Shown in pieces: positions 48,119 to 56,843 of a stretch of DNA of 64,000 nucleotides. Origin of the DNA: Patescibacteria group bacterium (GTDB taxonomy: Bacteria > Patescibacteriota > Minisyncoccia > Phycocordibacterales > UBA9973). Below the pieces are notes generated by a model, which did not search any database, was not told where the DNA came from, and worked only from the letters and a program-made list of their open reading frames with translations. The stretch spans positions 6,896 to 70,895 of the forward strand of contig JAZJXT010000001.1 in NCBI GenBank assembly GCA_040390725.1, written 5' to 3'. Made by a program: the position numbers and the translations under genes. Numbering within the stretch: the stretch's first letter is position 1; each line of letters opens with the position of its first letter.

Positions 48119-49267
48119 ATGCACGAAGAGTTATATAAAAAAGCGTTGGAGATGCATGCGAAATATCACGGCAAGATAGAGACTGTGAGCAAAGCAAAGC
48201 TCGATTCTTTGGATACTCTTTCGTGGGCATATACTCCGGGAGTGGCGGAAGTTTGCAGGGAAATAGTTCGTGATCCTAGCCTCGCACGTGAGTATACTTT
48301 GAAAAGAAATACTGTGGCTATCGTTACTGACGGCTCAGCTGTTTTGGGCTTGGGGAATCTTGGCGCTCTTGCATCAATACCGGTGATGGAAGGCAAGGCT
48401 GCTATTTTTAAAGAATTCGCCGGCGTGGACGCATTTCCAATTTGCTTGGATACGCAAGACATAGAAGAAATTATAAAAGCTGTAAAACAAATTGCTCCTG
48501 TTTTCGGCGGGATAAATTTAGAAGATATTTCCGCGCCGAGGTGTTTTGAAATTGAAGAAAGATTGAGGAAGGAATTAAATATTCCCGTAATGCATGATGA
48601 CCAGTGGGGTGCGGCGACTGTCGCCCTCGCGGGGATGATAAATTCTTTAAAACTTTCCGGACTGGAAAAAGAAAATGCACGTGTGGTGATAAATGGCGTC
48701 GGAGCGGCGGGTGTCGCTACTGCGAGATTATTTTTCGCATATGGAGTTAAAAATATTATTTTCTGCGACAGGCATGGCATCATTCACCATGGCGAAGAAG
48801 GGCTGACAATTCAGAAAAAAGAATTATTGGAAAAAAGTTCTTGGGCGCATGAGGCAGGCACATTGGCTGATGCGGTAAAAGGCGCAAATGTTTTCATTGG
48901 CCTTTCTGTGCCGAATGTTTTGACGGGGGAGATGGTGCGCACTATGGCGGACAAGCCGATAATTTTCGCACTTGCAAACCCTACACCTGAAATAATGCCT
49001 GACGAGGCGCGTGAGGCTGGCGCATTTATAGTCGCCACCGGGAGGAGTGATTTCCCGAATCAATTAAATAATTCTCTCGTTTTCCCCGGTGCATTCAAGG
49101 GTATGCTTGAAAATAATATATCGCAATTTAAAACTGAAATGTTTTTGGATATTGCCGAAGCTTTGGCGAACTCTGTTACTGACCTATCTCCGCAGAAAAT
49201 TTTGCCTTCTATGTTTGATAAAGAAGTGGTGAAAATTGTTTCAGAAGTTGTGAAGAAATTTAAATAA
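48119..49267 (+). CDS. NAD(P)-dependent malic enzyme
   Basis: YTPGVA, TDGSAVLGLG, PVMEGK, NLEDISAP, HDDQ, FALANP. Confidence 0.95.
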   Translation: MHEELYKKALEMHAKYHGKIETVSKAKLDSLDTLSWAYTPGVAEVCREIVRDPSLAREYTLKRNTVAIVTDGSAVLGLGNLGALASIPVMEGKAAIFKEFAGVDAFPICLDTQDIEEIIKAVKQIAPVFGGINLEDISAPRCFEIEERLRKELNIPVMHDDQWGAATVALAGMINSLKLSGLEKENARVVINGVGAAGVATARLFFAYGVKNIIFCDRHGIIHHGEEGLTIQKKELLEKSSWAHEAGTLADAVKGANVFIGLSVPNVLTGEMVRTMADKPIIFALANPTPEIMPDEAREAGAFIVATGRSDFPNQLNNSLVFPGAFKGMLENNISQFKTEMFLDIAEALANSVTDLSPQKILPSMFDKEVVKIVSEVVKKFK

Positions 49268-49274
49268 AATGTGC

Positions 49275-49453
49275 TGGCGGAAGCGGTGAGAATTTCTCCC
49301 TCGACTAAATTTTTTGTCGTCACAAAAAATTTGTCTGGTCACCGACTCATGGATTTTTTCTATTGAAAAAATCACATTCCGTCGTTCTCATCTCACTCAA
49401 AAGCCAAGCAGTTGGCTTTCTCGCTTCCGCAGTTTTTCACTGCGTTTAAAACT
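49275..49453 (-). repeat. structured element 3' of tRNA-Ser ending in a duplicate tRNA 3' end with CCA
   Basis: tggcggaagcggtgaga 49275-49291 repeats the tRNA end (period 177 bp); hairpins at 49307-49332, 49352-49373, 49400-49419; 15-bp inverted repeat 49422-49436/49448-49462. Confidence 0.8.
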
Positions 49454-49454
49454 G

Positions 49455-49539
49455 CGGAAGCGGTGAGATTCGAACTCACGGTCCGGTTAGGGACGACGGT
49501 TTAGTAAACCGTTGATTTAAGCCACTCATCCACGCTTCC
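49455..49539 (-). tRNA. tRNA-Ser (long variable arm, G73), anticodon ACU
   Basis: GGAAGCG/CGCTTCC acceptor, ACGGT-TT ACT AA-ACCGT, variable arm GTCC..GGAC, GTGAG-TTCGAAT-CTCAC. Confidence 0.9.
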
Positions 49540-49563
49540 AATATACAGTTGTCAGGATTCCGC

Positions 49564-49643
49564 GGATGAGTGGCTCTCTCGCTTTGCTCGCGGGTGAAAG
49601 CAAAGTAGTTTGCTTTCACCCCATCTCATCCACGCTTCCAATA
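49564..49643 (-). repeat. structured element 5' of tRNA-Ser with duplicate tRNA 5' end
   Basis: ctcatccacgcttccaata at 49525-49543 and 49625-49643; anti-D-arm 49564-49575; 13-bp stem 49592-49621. Confidence 0.8.
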
Positions 49644-49933
49644 CTTAATTTTTTTCGGATTTTTAAACTTAAAAATCCGATTGCGGGACACTCGAGTTAA
49701 GTACCCACGCGTTCAACTACCGTAAGGGTATTCTAGCATATTTTATGGTGGCAAAACTAGGCACTCGGGTCGCTAGGCGGTTTTTCAAAATGAGACAAAT
49801 GAGACACTAAATGTGTTTTTTGTGTTTGTGTCTCATTTTTGTCTAGGCAAAAACTTACCCACTTAATTATTTGACTATAATATCTTTTATTTGTTATCAT
49901 TAAACTATTATAATTTTAAAAAAAGTTAATAAT

Positions 49934-50136
49934 CTCCTCCCAGAGTCGATTTAGGGACCATCTTCATTAAGACCGGAGGTGCGCTATCAGGGGTCGGGGA
50001 TCCCTGCCAGGTAGGTATCATTGGGAAGCTACCATTTCATCTTACATTCAATTGATCAATCAATCCATGTAGGTTGCGATGGTAGCATTCTAGAGCTTCT
50101 TCGCAAACTGCAATTCGTAAGAGTGCAGTTTTTTTT
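49934..50136 (+). ncRNA. putative structured leader or sRNA ending in an intrinsic terminator
   Basis: GC-richer non-coding tract; stems caggg/ccctg and gctaccat/atggtagc, terminator aaactgca/tgcagttt+T; promoter TTGACT..TG.TATCAT 49871-49900. Confidence 0.45.
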
Positions 50137-50159
50137 ATTACTAATTTTCTAATAAATGT

Positions 50160-51485
50160 ATGAAACATGAAAACATAAAAATTGTTGAAGTTCCAATCAA
50201 TGAACTTCGAGAGTCGGAATATAATCCTCGCCAGCATTCCAAAGAGCAGAGTGACCAGCTCAAAGAATCAATTAAAAGATTTGGTCTAGTCGATCCCATA
50301 ATATGCAATGATGCGTCAGGTCGTGAGAATGTAATTATCGGCGGACATTTCAGAGCTGAAGTGGCGAAAGAAATGGGCATGGCAACTGTGCCGGTGGTGT
50401 ATGTAAAAGTTGAAGAGTTAGAAAAAGAAAAAGAGTTAAACATTCGTCTTAATAAAAACCAAGGTGAATTTGACCTAGATCTTTTGGCTAGTTTTGATGA
50501 ATCTTTTTTGTCTGATATTGGATTCGATTCAGAAGAAATTGATGAAATTTTTTTAGAAGATGCAATCGAAGAGCAGTTTGATTTAACCAAAGAGTTAGAC
50601 AAACTAGACATTAAAAGTATTTCGGTAAAGAAAGGAGATGTCTATGAAATTAATGGGTCGAGGTTGTGCTGTGGGGATTCAACCATTGAGGCAGACGTAC
50701 TAAGGTTAATGGGAGAAGAAAAAGCAGACATGGTATTTACTGATCCACCATATATTCTCGACTATCTTCACGGAAAAACAAGGAAAGGAAAAGCTACTGA
50801 AGGTTTTGGTTCAAAAAAGAACAGAAGGTATCTTGAAACAGAATCTCTGCCTGATAATTTTACAGATCTTTGGATGGCTAATGTTGCCAAAGTTCAGAAA
50901 CCCGATTTCTCTATTATTGTTTTTGAGAATCCAAAAAATCTTAGAATTATTTGGAATGAGTTAGAAAAATATTGGAAATACAGAAATACAATTACATGGC
51001 ATGTTCCAAACCGTGTCCAAGGATTTTCAGCAAAATATAAATTGTTTAATAAACATGATATTGCTGTGGTTGGAACTGGCGGAAATGTTGCATTAAACCT
51101 TGAGGAAGAAGATGAGTTGTTTCAAAATGAATATGAAAATGCCATTCTTGCAACGTCGGGCAAGCCACATTGGGAAGGTTATGGAAAAAATAAAAAATAT
51201 TGCCCAACTGATTTTATAGAACACATTGCCGCTGATGAAAAAAGTTCAGGTCAAGGGATTATTTTTGGAACTAAACCGTTAGAACTACTTATTCCGTACA
51301 TTAAGGTGTTAACAAAGAGAAATGACTTAATTTTGGAGCCATTTGGTGGATCCGGAAGTACTTTAATTGCAAGCATTAAAATGGGTCGAAGGTGTTTTCT
51401 GATGGAAAAATCGACTGTATATACTCAGGTTATTCTGAAACGCTGGGAGAAAGAAACTAATCAAAAAGCGATAAAAATAAAATGA
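50160..51485 (+). CDS. ParB/Srx-domain fused N6/N4 DNA methyltransferase (beta-type motif order)
   Basis: YNPR, FGLVDPII, IIGGHFR; TDPPY; TKP; LEPFGGSGST. Confidence 0.9.
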   Translation: MKHENIKIVEVPINELRESEYNPRQHSKEQSDQLKESIKRFGLVDPIICNDASGRENVIIGGHFRAEVAKEMGMATVPVVYVKVEELEKEKELNIRLNKNQGEFDLDLLASFDESFLSDIGFDSEEIDEIFLEDAIEEQFDLTKELDKLDIKSISVKKGDVYEINGSRLCCGDSTIEADVLRLMGEEKADMVFTDPPYILDYLHGKTRKGKATEGFGSKKNRRYLETESLPDNFTDLWMANVAKVQKPDFSIIVFENPKNLRIIWNELEKYWKYRNTITWHVPNRVQGFSAKYKLFNKHDIAVVGTGGNVALNLEEEDELFQNEYENAILATSGKPHWEGYGKNKKYCPTDFIEHIAADEKSSGQGIIFGTKPLELLIPYIKVLTKRNDLILEPFGGSGSTLIASIKMGRRCFLMEKSTVYTQVILKRWEKETNQKAIKIK

Positions 51486-51946
51486 GAGATATAGAAGACA
51501 AAAAGAGACTCATAGAAATACTTTCTGAGGTTCCATATATTATATATGCTTGCAAAAAAATTGGTATTGCAAGAGCCACTTTTTACCGTTGGTGCTCGGA
51601 AGATGAAGACTTTCACCAAGCTGTTTTAAAGGCTATGAAGTATAGCAGACAGGATGAATCAGAAAAGATAGAAATGAAAATGGCAAAAAGAGCCAAAGAA
51701 GGAGATTTTAATTCTGGAAAATTTTTCCTTGAACATAATGATGACAGATATAGGAAATACAAGCCAGAAAGAAATCCATATGATTTTGACCCGGTGCCTC
51801 TTTTAGAGTATTGTATTCCATACTTGGAATTTATGTTTGGACCGAATTTTGATCACAGTGCGATGCTTAAAAAAATTGAAACGATTGATATATCAGATCC
51901 AGAAGATAATCCGTCAAAGAAAAGCCTAAGATATGAAGTAAAGTAA
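51482..51946 (+). CDS. helix-turn-helix protein, terminase-small-subunit-like
   Basis: ACKKIGIARATFYRW...D..F; ATGA overlap with the methyltransferase. Confidence 0.7.
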   Translation: MRDIEDKKRLIEILSEVPYIIYACKKIGIARATFYRWCSEDEDFHQAVLKAMKYSRQDESEKIEMKMAKRAKEGDFNSGKFFLEHNDDRYRKYKPERNPYDFDPVPLLEYCIPYLEFMFGPNFDHSAMLKKIETIDISDPEDNPSKKSLRYEVK

Positions 51947-51953
51947 AATATCT

Positions 51954-52607
51954 TTAATTGTTGCCAACTTTTCTAATTAGGTCAGCAATTTCGTAAGAAT
52001 CTTTAATGGCTTGCTGGTCTTTTTTAGAGAGGGTTATATCTTTTAATCCTGACCCACCAGTAAATCTGACTTTAATAATTGCGTCACCGCTTTCCGCAAT
52101 AGCTTTTATTATTCCATTATCTCTACCATTTGTATAAAGAATTTTTTCCCATACACTACCGCTTCCATTGTTCTCAAGGTTATTAGGATCAGATATTGAA
52201 ATATTTTCGGTTTCATAAACAGTGTCACCAATTTTAACTTGAACTCTAGTATGGAAAATCCAATCTTCACCAAAGTAATTACTTTCAAGGCATAAATTAC
52301 CGTCTGACCCTACTGTCACTGATAAATAATTTCTGTTATATGAGTTATCTGTTGTTTGATTTTTATGTATATACAAACCATCTTTTTCAAATTCATCATA
52401 GTCATAGTTGAAATTTCTTTTTAGGATTTCAAGTCTTTCCTTGTATGCTTTTAAAGTTGCAGGATCTAGTGGAGCAGAGTGTTGTAGAATTTTATTTTCA
52501 CTCAATGTCTGATTTCTTAGAGATATGGTTTTACGAATTATAGGTACGAGAATGAATATGAATAAAATAATTATAATTATGTAATATTTCTTTAAAAAGT
52601 TTTTCAT
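51954..52607 (-). CDS. membrane-anchored hypothetical protein
   Basis: N-terminal TM after ATG 52607. Confidence 0.7.
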   Translation of the reverse strand: MKNFLKKYYIIIIILFIFILVPIIRKTISLRNQTLSENKILQHSAPLDPATLKAYKERLEILKRNFNYDYDEFEKDGLYIHKNQTTDNSYNRNYLSVTVGSDGNLCLESNYFGEDWIFHTRVQVKIGDTVYETENISISDPNNLENNGSGSVWEKILYTNGRDNGIIKAIAESGDAIIKVRFTGGSGLKDITLSKKDQQAIKDSYEIADLIRKVGNN

Positions 52608-52608
52608 T

Positions 52609-52803
52609 TTAGTTTTTTTGTTCGATACGTTTATTTTTTCGACCAAGATAAACTAATACATATGCTCCTTCAATTATCATAGGCAAACCTACGAGCAATG
52701 CTTGACCCATTTCTTTGCCATTACTTTCTGTTAAAAGCGGAAGTGATTCCAAAACCCCTATAATTAATATTAAGATAGACCAGACCTGTAAAAATCTTTT
52801 CAT
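52609..52803 (-). CDS. small two-TM protein
   Basis: MKRFLQVW..., 64 aa; the longer track ORF runs through the structured leader. Confidence 0.55.
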   Translation of the reverse strand: MKRFLQVWSILILIIGVLESLPLLTESNGKEMGQALLVGLPMIIEGAYVLVYLGRKNKRIEQKN

Positions 52804-52831
52804 ATTTTTTCTATTGCGTTTTATTAGTAAG

Positions 52832-52988
52832 CCCTTGAGTAGGACGCAAAAAGCCCACCACAGGTAGAGACCGAAGTCTCTCGTATCCGTTTCCAGATAC
52901 GGCGTATGAAGCACCCCATGATGGGTTCTTTATGCTTCATACGACTTTTGACCATATCCTTTGGAAATCCAAAGGGGTTAGGTCTTCT
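52832..52988 (-). ncRNA. putative structured cis-regulatory RNA
   Basis: four hairpins including C-UUCG-G loop, plus two sets of loop complementarities. Confidence 0.55.
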
Positions 52989-53132
52989 ATTAATTTGTCT
53001 AATAATTCTAGCACATTTTTAGTGCTTTTGGCATCCTAGCTTAGATCAAAGGATTTGTGTAGTCGAGTTATCAACAGTTAGTAAATACAAGTAAACTCAC
53101 TTTAATTGTAATTTTTATTATATAATTTAAAT

Positions 53133-53576
53133 ATGATAATCAGATTATTAAAAAAGAAAGATATAAAAAGCGCATCTGTTATTGCTCGATTAAATTATTC
53201 CAAAAAAGAAGAAAAGCTTGCAAAGATAGAGTTAAAAGAAATGTTTACAAAAGGACCATTTCGACCTGTATTTTATGTTGCCGAAGAACAAGGAAAAATA
53301 TTTGGCTTTGCCGGATATGCTCAAGCGTGGATGGAATACAGTGTATATCAAATCTTTTGGGTGAATGTTGCTCCCAACGAAAAAGGTAAAGGCGTAGGCA
53401 AAGCTCTTATATCAAAAGTCATTACTGAAATAAAAAAGAAGAAAAATGCAGACTTGATTTTAATCAGTGCCGACGAAAATGCAAAAAATCACGAATACTA
53501 CAAAAAGCATTTCGGATTTAAAACTTTGGATTTATTTAACAAAAAAAGATATCATTTGATGTCGCTTAAGGTTTAA
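53133..53576 (+). CDS. GNAT family acetyltransferase
   Basis: VNVAPNEKGKGVGKAL, YYKKHFGF. Confidence 0.88.
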   Translation: MIIRLLKKKDIKSASVIARLNYSKKEEKLAKIELKEMFTKGPFRPVFYVAEEQGKIFGFAGYAQAWMEYSVYQIFWVNVAPNEKGKGVGKALISKVITEIKKKKNADLILISADENAKNHEYYKKHFGFKTLDLFNKKRYHLMSLKV

Positions 53577-53611
53577 TTACAAATACCTATTAATTATGCT
53601 ATTATCTTAAT

Positions 53612-55105
53612 ATGAAAGAATGGGCGCCACAGCTTAAATACCGAAAGGAAGACACAGAACCAAAGCCTAACTTCGGCGTGCTAGCTTCCCCGGAGGGGGG
53701 GGCAACAATAAAGAATTTGAAGGAGAAAAATGAAGCGCTGGAAGCTCTTATTAAGGAAGCTATTGTGAAACTTATACCCATACTTGAAAAACATAATCCT
53801 GATAAATTTGGTACTGGATTTATTACTAAATACTTAAGGTATAATTATAATAAGCTAGTAAAAAATCTTCCTGGGAATAAGGAAAATAAAACGGACTGGA
53901 TGCCATTTGACAGTCAGTTGCCAAAGAAATGGCAAGAAAGGTTTTATCTTCCGGAAAAAAGGTTAAAATTTTTTGCGGCTAAAATTGTTTCAATTTTAGA
54001 AAAAGAAAAGCCAGAATTTTTTACTCCGGGTTCAATAAAAAAAATGGATCCAAGTATCTATATGATATTGACACAGATGCTACCGAGGGATGAAGAAGAT
54101 AATATTGACTATAAACCCTTTGAAGAAGAATTACCGGAGGAATGGAAAAACAAATTTGAATATGGGAATATTTCTTTTCCGTATGTTGTCTTGAAATTTG
54201 TTTTATTACTTGAAAAAGAAAAACCTGAAGAGTTTAATGTGACTTATATAAGAGATTACGCACCTGACATTTATGGCATGCTAGATCGGATTTTGCCAAA
54301 AAATCAAAAAGGTGAGCCTGATTGGTTATACTTTAAAAGCCAATTGCCGGAAAAATGGCAAGAAAGGTTTACATATGAGGAAAAAAAACGTTTATCTTTC
54401 GAAGAATGTGTTTCAAAAGTAGTTGAAAAGTTAAACGAAAAAAAGCCGGAGCAATTTGGACCTATTTGGATTAAAGAAAATTGCGGGGATATTGTATATA
54501 ATGAACTGCGTAGAATTTTACCAAGAAAGGATAACCAAGATGACCAAATTGATTGGCAACCCTTTCTTGATAAGTTACCTAAGGAGTGGCTAGCAAAGTG
54601 GAAACATAAAAAAGATCCATATTACAAGCATCTAAAAGAGTTCCCGAGTAAGAAAGAATTAAGGCAGATATTATTAAAATACAAAAATTATGGAGATGCA
54701 CATGAAAATAAACTTTATGTTTTGCCTTATTATCCGAATCTTTCAAAAGATGACAGGATAATTGCCAATAAAATTGTAGGGGAAATAATAAAGTTGGCAC
54801 AGAAAGGCAGTAGTGCCGCACGAGAAATGCTCGAGTTAGACTTAAATTTTGTCTGTGAGGAATGGATACAAAAATACCCCGGATACCCTTTTGAATTGAA
54901 GCCGTGGAAGGATAAACCGGAACAGTTAAAGAAACTTATACGGGGCTGTATTTATAATTATCAGAATAAGGGATCATTCTTTTCATACTTGTTTACGGCT
55001 TTAAAAATGGGCAGACCAACTTCAATTAAAATGGTAGAATTTGATGAGGGCTACATGAAAAAATTAAATGATTCAATGATGGAAGGGTTTGAGGATCAGT
55101 TATAA
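53612..55105 (+). CDS. protein with four approx. 70-aa repeats and a C-terminal sigma-region-2-like segment
   Basis: 4x LEK..P..F....I......Y..L...LP......DW..F...LP..W...F; then KLAQKG..AARE..KGSFFSYL. Confidence 0.7.
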   Translation: MKEWAPQLKYRKEDTEPKPNFGVLASPEGGATIKNLKEKNEALEALIKEAIVKLIPILEKHNPDKFGTGFITKYLRYNYNKLVKNLPGNKENKTDWMPFDSQLPKKWQERFYLPEKRLKFFAAKIVSILEKEKPEFFTPGSIKKMDPSIYMILTQMLPRDEEDNIDYKPFEEELPEEWKNKFEYGNISFPYVVLKFVLLLEKEKPEEFNVTYIRDYAPDIYGMLDRILPKNQKGEPDWLYFKSQLPEKWQERFTYEEKKRLSFEECVSKVVEKLNEKKPEQFGPIWIKENCGDIVYNELRRILPRKDNQDDQIDWQPFLDKLPKEWLAKWKHKKDPYYKHLKEFPSKKELRQILLKYKNYGDAHENKLYVLPYYPNLSKDDRIIANKIVGEIIKLAQKGSSAAREMLELDLNFVCEEWIQKYPGYPFELKPWKDKPEQLKKLIRGCIYNYQNKGSFFSYLFTALKMGRPTSIKMVEFDEGYMKKLNDSMMEGFEDQL

Positions 55106-55116
55106 GATTTATTATT

Positions 55117-56046
55117 TTATTTCCCCTTAAGTTTTAAAACCAAAACCCCCGCTAAAACCCCAGCCACAGCACAAGACAAAATCGCAATAAGAATTTCGTT
55201 AGTTGTAAATACAAAATTCGGATGAACTAAATATGATGCCCCGACATAGAAAATAACAGCCGAGAGAATGCCCATTATCAAACCTTTAATAACTAAATTA
55301 AATTTTGGAATAGTTTCGACTACGATTGCCGGCAGAATGTAGGAGAAAAGGAAAAGCCAAAATGGAGGATTAAAGAATTCATTTATCATTACTCCCGGAG
55401 CAGGGTGAATGAGGGTAGCCGGACCGACGGAAGAAATGAAAGCGTAAAAGATTGTCGTTAAAAGAATTGATTCTGATTTTTTCTTTTGTTGTCCTAAATA
55501 CAGCATCACGGCAATCCAGGCAAATACTACTATTCCCGCTCCCCAGAATCCCATTACTCTGTATGCCCCCAAAGGGAAAAATGGCAAAGTAAAAATGAGA
55601 ATGTATCCTAAGAATGTCGCCCAAAGTCCGCAATCCAAAAGCCAATCAACAGTATGGTCAGAGCCGAGTTTAGCTATTTTTCTAGAAAATAAAGTCAGGG
55701 TAATAAGTGAGCCGAGGATTAAAAGATGCGGAGGCGACCAGACTACGATAGGGCTTAGTAAGTTCTCAGTGCCGAAAACAGAGTGCCAAGCTTGGTCCAA
55801 GACTCCGGTGATAGGAAAAAGCAAACTCACCCAAAAGGCATTTCTGTATATTTTATTTTTCGTTTTTCTCCAAGCTACAAATGAACATATTATGACGACA
55901 CTAAGACAAAGATACAAAGCAGTATGCGGAGGAATAAAAAATTGATCCCTGCCTATGGCCACATGCCACCAAGCATCCCACAATAATGCCGTAGCCATGC
56001 AAATGCTCATAAAGGGAATAAGTCGTGTGTAAATTTTGTTGTGCAT
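55117..56046 (-). CDS. polytopic membrane protein
   Basis: WDAWWH..GRD.FFIPPH and DQAWH..FG...WSPPH repeats; ATG 56046. Confidence 0.75.
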   Translation of the reverse strand: MHNKIYTRLIPFMSICMATALLWDAWWHVAIGRDQFFIPPHTALYLCLSVVIICSFVAWRKTKNKIYRNAFWVSLLFPITGVLDQAWHSVFGTENLLSPIVVWSPPHLLILGSLITLTLFSRKIAKLGSDHTVDWLLDCGLWATFLGYILIFTLPFFPLGAYRVMGFWGAGIVVFAWIAVMLYLGQQKKKSESILLTTIFYAFISSVGPATLIHPAPGVMINEFFNPPFWLFLFSYILPAIVVETIPKFNLVIKGLIMGILSAVIFYVGASYLVHPNFVFTTNEILIAILSCAVAGVLAGVLVLKLKGK

Positions 56047-56268
56047 AGGGGAATTATAGCAAGAAATGCTAGAGATTAGTAAGAGTTGAATGTACCCAAA
56101 AAAAGCTTGACAAATAGGTATTAAATGTGCTATACTTTCATTGGTCTTTGTTCGTTGAAAAATATTGATTTTTAAGAGGTGAATTGAAAAGTTGTTATAT
56201 AAAAACATACTTTGTATAATAGCTTTTCAATTTTTCTCACTATTAATCATTTATTTAAACTCAGTATT

Positions 56269-56724
56269 ATGAACTTTTTATCTTCAATCTCGAAAGTTTC
56301 GCATTTTTCTGTAAAAAATGGCGTTGGACAAGTTTTATGCTTTGTCGCTACATTTATAGCTGGCTTTGCATTTGCAAACAATATAATGGAGAAAGAGATA
56401 GTTTCTCCAAGCGACAGATTGTTTTTCTTTCTTATTGCCATATTTGTTTTTGGAATAGGTATGATAGTAAGATACAAGGCCTATTTTTGGCCAAACAAGT
56501 TGTTGGGTGAAAATATGATTCACGGCTCTGGATTTTTTTTGGGGATTTGGTATTTAGGTACATTAATGAGTACCACTTCCTTCTCACCAGTCGAGCAGTT
56601 GGTAGAAACAATGCCCGATGATTTTCTGTGGATGATGGCAGGAATGTCATTTGCCCTTGGAGTTATTTTTCGCATTCTTGGGCGTAAACCCAAGATAGCG
56701 AAGACGTGTCTCGAAATTGGGTAA
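56269..56724 (+). CDS. four-TM hypothetical protein
   Basis: hydrophobic helices; ATG 56269. Confidence 0.65.
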   Translation: MNFLSSISKVSHFSVKNGVGQVLCFVATFIAGFAFANNIMEKEIVSPSDRLFFFLIAIFVFGIGMIVRYKAYFWPNKLLGENMIHGSGFFLGIWYLGTLMSTTSFSPVEQLVETMPDDFLWMMAGMSFALGVIFRILGRKPKIAKTCLEIG

Positions 56725-56843
56725 CCCACTAACCTTAATAGTGGAAAAAAGAATCGATTGCACGGCTTTATGTCTGCTCTCGATTCTTTTTAATTTTGGC
56801 AGGTAAATTTATCCATACTAAGGCGAATCTATTTTGTAAAAGG

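Noticed and set aside
49275-49291. tRNA 3' duplicate as att site of the recombinase island
   Set aside because: It lies only 177 bp from the tRNA on the side away from the island; no matching copy was noticed in 49.7-64 kb.
50160-51946. Prophage
   Set aside because: Only ParB-MTase and a small HTH gene; no terminase large subunit, portal, capsid or tail genes.
52804-52914. Extended 101-aa version of the small membrane ORF
   Set aside because: The extension runs through stable hairpins; ATG 52803 gives a clean two-TM protein.
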